Positions 49,708 to 60,900 of a DNA stretch of 64,000 bases are shown piece by piece. The stretch comes from Yuukianura sp. NJ FZ-2021. Taxonomy: Eukaryota. Made by a program: the position numbers and the translations under genes. Positions within the stretch are counted from its first letter, which is position 1; every line of letters starts with the position of its first letter. The DNA is taken from contig CM102287.1 of assembly GCA_046563655.1 (NCBI GenBank), positions 4,960,001-5,024,000 on the forward strand. Reading direction: 5' to 3'. The notes under the pieces are model-generated. The model was not told the DNA's origin, made no database searches, and worked only from the letters and a program-made list of their open reading frames with translations.

Positions 49708-51257
49708 ATGAGTTTAGTTCTGCAAGGCCGGATTCCGTCACAACTGTTTCGAGCTGGGAGACGGAATATTTGTATTACGTCTCTCCTACGAAGTCTGGAA
49801 TCGACTGGTTCTTCGAAACCGGAAACACCATCGACAGTGCCATCGCTACCGAAAGATGAGGAAATCGTTAGACATGATGGAACAGCAGTAGCTACTGTGA
49901 AGAGTTCAACGGAATCAATCAGCAAAGCAATGAAATCCTACCTGGAAAGGGCAGAAGCACATCGTAAGCGTCGAAAATACCGACAAACTACTCTGGTATA
50001 AAAGTTAACATCGTTTTTGAATTTCCAGATAAGTTTATGAAGGAACAGGAAGAGGAGTTTGTGTTTGGGCGCAGGCATTTGGCTAATATGATGGGAAAGG
50101 ATCCCGAAACGTTTACCCAGAAAGACGTAGAGGTATTTATATTGTAAACAGTAAACGTCAATAATTGAAACCTTAAACCCTAACCAAACGTTCTGTTGTC
50201 ATTTATCCAGGAGGCGATTCGTTACCTCTTTCCAGCAGCTGTTTCGGTGGCCTCTGCAAAGCCAATGATGAAACCTCCTCACGAGATTTATCCAAAAGCG
50301 AAGGCGGCTCAGTTTGATGCCTCGGGAAGGCCACATCATCCATTCTTTTATACAGCTAGAGCTAATTTCTTCAGCATCGTTCACGTAAGCTACCAGAACT
50401 ATACACTTTAATACTTGTAATCGTCAATCAACTTTTCCCATGTATTTTATAGGAAGCTGTTTCTAAAATGAATGCGCTTGACGCTGTAACGTCGACTCCT
50501 TTGGATGCAGCGCCAAGTGACCTAACATTTGCCGGAACCATTTGGATATCCAAGGAAGAGCTCGAATCACGGACTCTAGAAGCCCTCAGTGATGATTTGT
50601 ATAACAACTGGGTTAATTGTATGGATCGATTGGCGAGTCACCCCCGTCATGATAGAGAAAAGGAGTTTATCATGTCTTATCGAAAACCGCTTTCAACGGA
50701 TACGTTACAGAAGAAGTTTCCTCCTGTTCGGCTTGATCCTGATGGAAGACAAAGTGTTTGCATGGAAAGTAAGAAAAATAAGCAAATCTAAATTGAACTT
50801 TTGGACTTAATTTTCTATTTGTACAAGTTTGTACCAAGAAGACAGCGCTGGGAAGTGTCACGGTAATGATGCCCGGAACTGGTCAAATTGATATCAATGG
50901 AAAAGGACTCGACTACTTTCCACTCATGAGAGCACGAGAAGCATTTATTTATCCATTACAGTTGAGCAACTGGCTAGGCACAGTTGACGTTACAGCAAAA
51001 ATTAATGGATCTGGTATCATGGCCCAAGCGGCTGCGCTCAGATGGGGATTAGCCATGGGACTTGCGGCACTTGGTAACCACGAAGCGATTACATTTATTT
51101 TCATAATTTTCCAAAAATGTCAATTTGTTTTATAATAGGGGCTGAGATTGAGCCGTTAAGGCTCGCTGGCCTTCTTACCAAGGACAGAAGAAGGAAGGAG
51201 CGAAGGCATAGAGGCTGCGAAGGAGCTCGGGCTGCCTGGACATGGAAAAAGCGATAA
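49708..51257 (+). CDS. mRpS9: Mitochondrial ribosomal protein S9 (uS9m), 404 aa, 6 coding exons
   Basis: Exons 49708-49963, 50029-50132, 50211-50384, 50453-50768, 50828-51073, 51139-51257 give 1215 nt in frame. Arg-rich N-terminal presequence; [50 protein letters not shown]; uS9 domain [10 protein letters not shown]...[14 protein letters not shown]...LAGLLTKD...TWKKR*. AATAAA at 51301. Confidence 0.95.
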
Positions 51258-51310
51258 ACTACGATCGTTTACTGTTCGTTTTCTAAAAGTTGAATACACT
51301 AATAAATACA

Positions 51311-51361
51311 GTGACCATGGAGTTCCATGCTAACGTGACTTCACTGTGTCACCATGACGAT
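51311..51361. promoter_or_regulatory. Cluster of RFX X-box-like motifs upstream of the EF-hand gene
   Basis: GTGACCATGGAGTT (51311), GTTCCATGCTAAC (51322) and GTCACCATGACGAT (51348) resemble GTTNCCATGGNAAC and lie ~230-280 bp upstream of the ATG at 51594. Confidence 0.5.
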
Positions 51362-51593
51362 TTCAACATCGTCATCGGATCAGTGTTTGTTTATTTTTGC
51401 TGCTCGAGTGCGACCTTCTTGGCCACCTCGACGCGCGTTTTCTTTTCAGTTACGTTTCATCAGACGAGCAGACGACATTCCGGCAGTCGCCTCTCTTTTC
51501 TGCCACTGGACCCTCAACAATCTTGGACCGGATTACGATTTTTTACGGAATAGTTGAAACGTGAGACGTTCTCAAATCGTCGAAACCATCATC

Positions 51594-54500
51594 ATGTCCA
51601 ACATGGACAAGCCGCCGAAAGTGTGTCAGCCAGAAGTAAGTGAACAATAGTTAACATTGTTTCAATTGAAATGGACAAAAGTTGTAATTCTTTTTGCTTA
51701 TTCGTAGTGCTTGGACCCATATGGACTGAAACCATGCACGGCGGAGTACTTAGAACGTATGCGAAACGTTGCTCGAATGAACAACTACGATGTCAAGTCA
51801 TTCTTCACTGAGCACGATCCTTTGGAATTTGGGACAGTGACGGGTAAGCTTAGCTTGACAATAATGTGATACTTTGGAATCCAGTTATGAGTTATGACCT
51901 TTGAGTTTTTTTTTACAGAACACATCTTCAAATCCATTTTCGAAGAAAAGTTCATGTGTCAATGCTGCTTTTCATGCGAGCAGAGCGAAGTCATCTACGA
52001 TCTGTTCCGAATGCCAGACGGAATGATCTGTTACCAAAGACTGGTCGGTTTGCTGACTTCAGGTACTAAATTGTTGCTAAATTCTGCAAAAGTATTAACT
52101 GCAGATGAAATTGGAAACAATAATGCTGGAACTTTTTTTTCTAGACGAGAACATCGCTCAGCAACTTCGAGAATGTGCTTCCAAGGTTCCGTTTCCACAA
52201 GTGTCTGAAGCTCCTCTCCGCGTAAGCTAAAATTGACATTTTGAATACCAAAATAAACAGTTGCAGCGATTTCGTTCCATTTGTCTGCTTAGGTATGTGG
52301 AGCGCGGGTATTTGGAACGGAGCAATGTGTTCCAGCGATTTTGGAACGTCTGCGGACAGCATACTGGCGTCTTCGCATTAAGTTGACTGATTTGTTTCGC
52401 TGTGCTGACCCGCAATGCAAGGGCCTTGTTCCAGGTTTGCTTTGGATAATTTTGGATTTTGAATTTGGATTTATTTTTTGCTTTGTTTTTGCCTAATATT
52501 TTAGAAGAGACATTCCAGCGCATGCTGAACTCGACTCTGGTTCCTGAAGCTGGAATCACCGAGCGCCAATTGGATGCTGTGACTAACTACTACCGTGCTT
52601 GTGGAAACATGATTGATTACAAACGCATGGCAGACATGTTTGACTCCAGTAATCCAGAATTTGATTTGTTGAACATCCAATATTTTTTTAAGTACTGTAC
52701 TTATTGTTTTTGTACTTTCCAGCTCTGAGTCTCCAAGAACAGTATCAACTGAATTACATCACGAAACGGGAACAATTGCTGCCTCCGAAGAAAGTCAACA
52801 CTTTGGATGAACTGGAAGAAGAAAAAGTCAAGGAGATCTGGGTGAAAGTGGCTAAAAGAGCAAATCGTCACATTTTCACAACTTGCACCGCATATTTTGA
52901 CAAGGTTTGTTTGGAACTGATTCGTAATGACTCTGGATACTAAAATTTGGATTTAATTATACTAATTGATTGATTAATTTATTCGCAGTTTGCTCATCGC
53001 CAATCCGGTGAAACAACGGTTCCGCACTTGAAGCGATTTTTGATTTTCCTGGATGCTGATTTGGCTGAATCGGATTTTTCTCTCCTCTGCCGCAAATATG
53101 CCACAAATGACTTCAATGTGAACTTTGTTCAGCTCATTTCGGACGTTTACGCGGCGTATTACACGATATGTGACCAAACTAAAGCTCCTCTACCGCCAAT
53201 TCTTGGTGTAAGATTTTTTTATATGAACGAATGCTTAGTTTATATTCAAGATTATAACGCCATAATTATTTGTGTTTTATAACAAGGCCGATGGTCCTCC
53301 GTATGATGATCTACCTTACTACCCAATGGCCAACGGCGCTGGAAAGAACAGTTCTGCTTGGGGTCACGGTGTTTGCAAATGCGCCAGCGAAGATGAACAT
53401 TTGGCGGGAGCTTGTCTTCCAGCAGACTCCACCCGATTCTATGAAGAAGGACCTGTTTGTGGCGGTGATGGACGAATTCCGATCTGGGGAAAGCAGTACG
53501 TCGCTAACGGATGTTGTGCTAGGCCAGGTAAAGTTTTCCAAAATATTTTCAAATCAGTTTTTTGGATTTATGCTTTTGAAAGTTTATTGGATTATGACAA
53601 TTTTTATAGGCCAGCGTTATTCCGGTAGCTTCATCAAATCCCATGCTGCTGGAAAACCGACTGGAATCCCCTTGGGGAAAACGATCAATCCGATTCCTGT
53701 CCCTGGAGCAAGTGAGGGCGTCGAGCTAAGACATTTGATGGAACGCTTGCAGCAGTACCTGTATCGCTTCCGTGTACGCACCAAGGAATTCTTCAAGGTT
53801 AGAACCACAAAAACTTAACAACAATCTTGGATTAGAATTTTGAAATTTTGCTAATTTGGAATTGAAATTCCAGCCATTTGATCCCCTCAACTCTGGCTTT
53901 GTGAGTGCAAATCGCTTCCGGCGTGCCCTGACCAACATGGGAATTGGAGCCATTGGACGGCTGTGCTTATCCGAAGCAGAGTACGACGCTCTCATCAATT
54001 TTTATCGCTGTGACAAAGACCATTCGATGGCTTGCTGGAGAAAGTTCGACGCTGACATTGAGTCAAGTAAGACCCTCACTGATTTTTGAACAACTTTGAA
54101 TTAAAAAGCGGCAATTTTTATGACGTTTGTCGCTTTGATTTGCAGTTTTCGTTCAGAAGGGATTGGAGGAATTGCCTGGCGTACTGACTCCTGCACCAGA
54201 TCGGATTGTGGCTCTACCGTATCCAGGAGCCACGAACATGGAAGATGTCCACTTGCCAATTCGACAGTTAGCTGACTGCGCAGTAGCTCGGCTGCGACAT
54301 CGCGTTCTGATTGAGAGTTGCAACATCAAATACTTCTTGCAGGGTTTTGACGTGTAAGTTTTGGATCTAAAATGCTTTTTCTTGGAATTTGGAATTTGTT
54401 AATTTTGATTAGTTTGTACTTTTTTAGCACGAATAACGGCTACATCTCTCGACAGCAATTCAAACAAACGTTGTCCATGTTGAACTACAATTTCAGTGCA

Positions 54501-55788
54501 AATGAACTGGACGCCATGTCGGTCAAGTACTGTGACGAGAAGGGGTTCAACTACTTGAAACTGTTGGCAGACATTGAACCGAAACCAAATGATCCTGGAT
54601 GGGTAAACTTAATGACTAATTGATAATTGAATGATGTGTGACACAATGAAAGCTGTGAACAAAGATTACTCAAAGTGTAATTCTGATTTTACAGTACGCA
54701 AAATACAAGGTCGGTAGACTTTACCAACTGAATCGCCCACCACCAGATCCGAAATGGGTGGAACATGACATTCGTCGCATCATGTACAAACTCCGTGCAA
54801 GAGTAAGCTATTCTCTAAAATTCAGAATTTTATGCAATTTTTTTTTCGAAATTATTATAATTTGTTAACATTTTCAAGATGGTCCGATGTCGTCCACAAC
54901 TTGATGCTTTTCTGCGTGATCATGACCTGTTCAATCACGATCGAATCAAAATCATTGACTTTCACCGTGCAATGGATCGATCTGGATTTGAACTGACTCC
55001 TCGTGAAATCGAGGTTCTCACTTGTCGGTAAGATTAATTTTTATGGCGTTTCCGCGGTGTAAACGTGACTCCTAAAACTCGTTAACTTTAGAACCATAAT
55101 AAATTTCCTAACCTCGAAATGTTTTTTGTAGATTCCTCTCGGCTGAAGATCCTACTGAAATCCAGTATCGCTTGTTGTTTGAAACTGTTGAAAATGTGTT
55201 CACCGTTTTTCAATTACATACAACTCCACTTGTGGTACCGGAGCAATGGCGACCATTGCGAGAGATGGATTACGACAAGGAACTTACGAAGCGTGAATAC
55301 TGCTTGCTCACCGATGGAATGCGCCGATTGGCCAAACGTGTCTACGATCGTCGGATTGAGGCTGGCTATCTTATTTGTTAACTTTTGTCTAAGATTTTTG
55401 GCTAATTTTTGCACGTTTTCAGTTCAAACCGATGTTTTTGGACTTTGACATTCCTTCGGCTGGACTCGTCTCGGAGGACCAGTTTCATCGTGTCCTTCAC
55501 ACCGTGGGGTTGGCTGATCTCGTCACTCATGACGAACTGGATACAATCATGAAGCGCTTCTTGGTACGCCGATGCAAAACTTTTTTTGAATGGCAAAAAT
55601 CTTTGAACTTTTCAAAATTTTAATGATTTTTTGCATCCTCTCAGGTCATTCGCGGTGGGAAGCGGGACATCGACTATGTCGAATTTTTGACCTGTCTTGA
55701 TGGAATCACCTACGTTGACCCCGTGACCCTGGAGGAATTGAGTCCCACTGGAGTCGAGTGGTACAAGCAACTTCATCCTGTCTGCTAA
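51594..55788 (+). CDS. Uncharacterised EF-hand-repeat protein, ~953 aa, 18 exons; possibly a FAP115-like axonemal protein
   Basis: Exons 51594-51635, 51708-51843, 51919-52062, 52145-52221, 52293-52434, 52505-52648, 52723-52904, 52989-53207, 53287-53527, 53610-53797, 53874-54066, 54146-54353, 54428-54602, 54695-54802, 54879-55027, 55132-55360, 55423-55563, 55645-55788 join to 2862 nt without stops, provided intron 55361-55422 is GC-AG. Seven degenerate EF-hand-pair repeats, e.g. RVRTKEFFKPFDPLNSGFVSANRFRRAL, NIKYFLQGFDVTNNGYISRQQFKQTL, FKPMFLDFDIPSAGLVSEDQFHRVL. The family assignment is from memory and unverified. Confidence 0.85.
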
Positions 55789-57954
55789 ACAAACGTAAAC
55801 ATCACACACACTATTACACAACTCAAACTCAAATCAAAAACATTACAATGCAAAAACTAACTTTCAAAGCTGAATTAAAATCTGTTCTATAACTTCGGCT
55901 TTCGCTTTCTTTTCACTTTCTTTTCATGCTTCTTGCTTAAAATTACTTTAACAAAAGCTAAATAAATCTAACACTCTGCTGGTCTTTGTCTTTTCTAATC
56001 AATATAACCAGAATTAATTACTTTTCATTGTTGAGTGTAAAGTCTTTTACCAAGTGTTGAAAGATTTTTCAAAGTTCTCGAAATTCAGAAAATTGAGAAT
56101 CGTGCTTTCTCCACTTTCATTTGATTAACTTTTTCCAAAGGAAGTGGAATTTAGCACGTGGAGGGAAGCCTTTTTACTTGGAACTTTTCCAAATTAAGAA
56201 CAAGCGTTATTCCTTTAGTATAAATATTTGCCTAATTCTCTGCTTCCTGCTTCTACTTTCTGGGTTTCCTCGGTGTTACATTGGAAAGTGGTGAAAAGTG
56301 TTGCATTGGGAAGAGAAAGTGACGACTTAAGCCTCTGCGACTTTCTCTACTGACTTTCTCGTCAGAAGAAAGTTAAGCTGAGGTTAAGTGACTTTTTCAT
56401 TTCCTTTTTTAGTAGTGTCAACACAAGGAAGAGACGAAACCAGCCCCCTCTCTTTGACTGGGGGTGGTTAAGAGACCTTGAACTAACTACTAGTAGCACT
56501 TGAGCTCGTGTCATGATGCAATTGTGTCACTACTGAATGTAATCGCTTCATATTTCAAGCATTCGCTTTTCTTTTGCGCTCCTGACGCAACGTAACAGTG
56601 TTTGTGTGTGGTTGGGAAGCGATGTTTGTGTGTTCTAAAAGTTAGGTTAGACTAAAAGTCTAAGTTAGTTTTAGTCTAACCTCACCCCCACCGCATCATC
56701 CCAAGTCGAAGCTCATCTTTGTTCCGACTTAAGAAGAAAGGTTTCCACTGGAATCTGGCTTCAGTTGCATCTTGAGCTTCGACTGGGCAGGATATCACGG
56801 TTAGCGCAACGCAAACCCGCTAGCGCTACTAAAACTACTAGAATACAGTATTAGAAAGTTAAAATTTTCAAAGTTTTGGCAAATCTCTAAGAAATTTTGT
56901 TGTAAATAGTGAGCCTGTACCTGGAACTTAGAAGTGTGACATGAGCGCTTTAACTTCTCATTTAATTTTTTCACACCTAGTTAACTTCCCCCTCGAAGTT
57001 TGTTGTTTCGTGCCTCCTATTACTCAAGTCTGATTACCTTTCGTCGTACCTGAGCAAACCATGTACTAAATCTTTCTAAACTTTGTGTAAAACTGTGAAA
57101 ATTTCACGGTGAAATTGCTTTTCCGTGGCAAGGACAAGGACACCGCTATAGCAGCTTTCAAACAACTTTTGTGCAGCTCAAATTATTCATATCTTCTCGG
57201 GAAAAAGTATTTTAAAACAAAGTGGACCTTGTGTAATATTTTGGTTTTCGCAGAAAGTACTTTTAGTCTATTCTTGTGCTGTGGCTGTGCAAACGCAACT
57301 AACTTTGTGCAGCAAAGTGTGTCAATTGTGTGACCTGCCTGCTAATATCACACGATAAAAATTAAAAGTATTTTGCAAAATTATATTTGTCCAATTTTTG
57401 CAGAAAACAGGAATTGGAATTGAAAAAATGATGGATTTTGCTCATCGCTATTCAAGAGGAGTCGAAAGTGTGAAATTTTTGGAGCAAAAGAAAGTGGGCA
57501 GCAGAGAAAGTCCGCCGAGCAGGAATTTGAGCAATTTCATATCGTGACAAGCAATTTCAAAAACAAATTTTGGTACGAAAAAAAAACTGAAGATTAATTA
57601 CTACTAAAATTTTTGAGTTTATGGATTCAGTGACCGTGCGTTCACATAAATTTTGAGTCTGACGTAATTAACTTTTTAAAATTGAAAAAAGTTTAATTTG
57701 AATTTTTTTTAAATCTTTTCTTCTTTTCTAGATCTTGAAGATTCGAGTTGGACTAGGACGCTTCGAATTTCGTCGTGCTAAGGTGCATGACTTTCGATTT
57801 TCAAATTTTGTAAATCTAGAAAAGTTGGTGCTGAGTAATGTGACTGCGGCCTAATGTGAGCCGTCAGCCCTCGACAAACTTTTTGACCTGTGCTGACCCA
57901 GAGTGAACTTTTTGGTGCTATTGTTGTGATATTTTTTGAGTGAAAGTGATCAAA

Positions 57955-60900
57955 ATGACGTCCACTCCTATAGTGACAAGGGAGACAACATGTACACCGG
58001 ACATGGAACGAAATACAACCACAAAGATGACTACTGATGACCGCGGAGTCACCACATATGAAATTCTATTTGAAAGGAAACGGTAAGCCAAGCCACTTTT
58101 ACCACAATTTTTTTTGGTAATTTGTGTAAGACATTTCATAAAAGTTGACACTTGACAGCAATTTGTCAACTTCAGTTTCTTAATAAGTTTAGTTTCAAAT
58201 GTTATCCTTATAAAGTCAAAGGCTTAGTTTTTTACTTTAAAGTTTCCTCTTTAAGTTACTTGTTCAACGTTAATCTAAAGTAAGTTCAAAGCCACAGGTC
58301 ACCGCGTGACCTTCGTGTCGAAATCCGTGATAATTTCCAAAAATTATTTTGTAAACATTTTACAACTCCGTTTTTTTACATTTTTTTGTGTTTTTTGAGA
58401 ACAACAGTTTTCCATTTGTGTAAATTATCTAATCAGAAGTTATCTTCCTGCTTTCACCGAAATCCGGACTTTATCCTCTCAATTTTAGTCTGGAGCATGG
58501 AAAAGATAACTTTGTAAAAATAATTTTCCAGTTTTTGTGAAACTTTCTCTTCAGTTTCATTTGAATGAGTGATACTAAAACAGTGAAGGTACTAACATAA
58601 CAAAAACTTGAACTTTTGGATCTTAAATTTGAGTTAGTGAACACCACAGGTTGTTGTCTTCTTTTCAAAAAGTTAGTGTATGTGGTATAAAGTTGAAATA
58701 TTAAAGGAATTACTAAGGTTTCGTGTAACTGCCCTCCGCTTTCAAATCGTCCAAGTATCATATGCTGCCGCCTGGCAATCCGAGAGCTCATAAATCATGG
58801 AATCCCAGATGGCTACTTTTCGTTCTGGAAGAAAGTAGAATACTGGAGCAGCATCCTCCACTACTTCCACTTATTGCTTTAACTTTTATGCCCAAACGTA
58901 ACCTAACTTAACGTAGCAAGGATAAGGTAACCTAAATTTAAGCCTAACGTTAGGTTATTACAACCTAACGTTAGGTTTGGATGACTATTTTTGGGAAAGA
59001 TAATCCGCTCAGCGGCGGCGGAACAAACTTAGGTTTTATTCGTTTTTTGAAACCCAAGACAAGCGCATTGAAAGTTATCAAAAATGGATGCATTTCGTTC
59101 TGTTTTGGCTAATAGAACGCTTATGACATAAAAAATTGAATAGAAGTTATTTTCGTTTAGCAGTGGACAAACGGAGAGCGTGATACGAATTGTTTTTCAG
59201 TTTCGAAAGTATTGAGTTTTTGATAAATGCACGTTTGACATGCTAAAAGAGAAAGGCGGAATTATGATGTTACATATTTTGAAAACACAAAAAATTCTGA
59301 ATTTGTAATGTTGGTGCTAAAAAAAATCAATGTTCAGAAACTACACTCTTCTGAACTAGAATTTGGCGATGTGTTCTGAAATTTTACGGAAATTTTTTAT
59401 TCGTTTACTGACTGATTTTTTGAATTTTTTTTTTTGCAGGAGAAGACCCGGTCGTCATTTGTGGCATAAAACTTACCAACGAATTTCTTCGCAAAGGCAT
59501 TTCTTTGGAGTGGATTTAGGAGACGCTTCAGAGGTAAGCATAAAAAAAGTTTCCGATTTTTTGAAAATTTATGAGAAATTTTCAATTTTGAAAATTTCCG
59601 GAGTGAAAAAACTGCCGAGCGTTTCACTTTCCAGGGGACCTTTCGGGTATTGAGTTCGGTTGATCGTGGAGATCGCTTTCCGCCTCCGCCTAAAAAGCAC
59701 ACTGATCATCCCGAAGGAAATTGACCGTGAAAGTCAAACTTTCCCGGAAATATTTCTACTAAGGAAGGAGGTCAAGGAGAGTTATAGTCCTTGACCTTTG
59801 ACCTCTTCAAATGGATTTATGGTCATTCGATTATCCTATGTTCCTAAAAAGAAAATCTAGTTTTAAGATTTTCCGGAAAACTCTGGCGTAAATTTTTCAG
59901 AAGTTTGACGCCATTCCAATATGGAAGAATCAATTTCGTTGTTGAAAAAAAATCAGAGTTGAATGTTCAGATGGGATGATTCGATGATTATGTGATTCAT
60001 CTAGTAATGTAAAAGTTAATGTAATTTGCACAAATTGGTTCTTTAGGTTTTGGTATAACCGTTGTGTTCCGTTGAAAACTTTGAAACCAAGGACAACGGT
60101 TTTCTTGAAGTACACAGGAAAGGTGTTTTAGAATCAAACGGTTGGTAAAAACCTTTGTAAAATGAATTGCGGTTTTGAAAAACCGTTTTCTACTTGACGA
60201 GTGAAAGAGGAACCAGAATTGTGTTGCTGTTGATGCACACTTTTGATTTAAAAAGCAAAAGTGTGCATGGATATCCACCTAACGTATGTTCATTTATGCA
60301 AAGTTTTAAGTTATTCTTGACCTCCGACAATCGGCGCAACACCGTTGCACAACAACCTCCGATTACTGGTGCACAAGGCGGAAATTTTTGTAGGTACTCA
60401 TTCCATATTTTGGTTCTTCCATTGCACACTTTTGTTTTATTTTCCTGTTAAAAGATTGGGGAACTTCGTTTCATGAAATTTTGTTATGAGAATTCTATGA
60501 AAATTGTCATTTGTGCAACATCGTAACTTTCTAAACTTTGTAGCAATGGGAATGTCAAAATTTAACACACAAGTGTTCCACTGAACTGCACATTTTTACT
60601 TTGCAGTTGCTGAATTACATTTGTAAATGCGCATTTCAACAAGTAACCAAAAGGAAGATTAAGTTTTCAAGTTCAAAACGCGTAGTTCGTGCAATTTCAA
60701 TTGCCCATTAGTAATTATGGCAGAGTCGCATAGTAGTGGTTTTACAAATTGTGAAACCCCCATGTTCAAATTATGTAATCGTTTTTCGTCAAAAATCAAT
60801 TTTGTCGAATTTTGAAAACCAGAATGTTCAATAGTTTATGCACAACGTACATGCATATTTTTACACAGCTCGGTTCCGTGATACACATAATTGAGTATGT

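Noticed and set aside
53270..53818. 182-aa ORF as a separate gene
   Set aside because: A chimera of an off-frame exon 9, an intron and in-frame exon 10 of the EF-hand gene.
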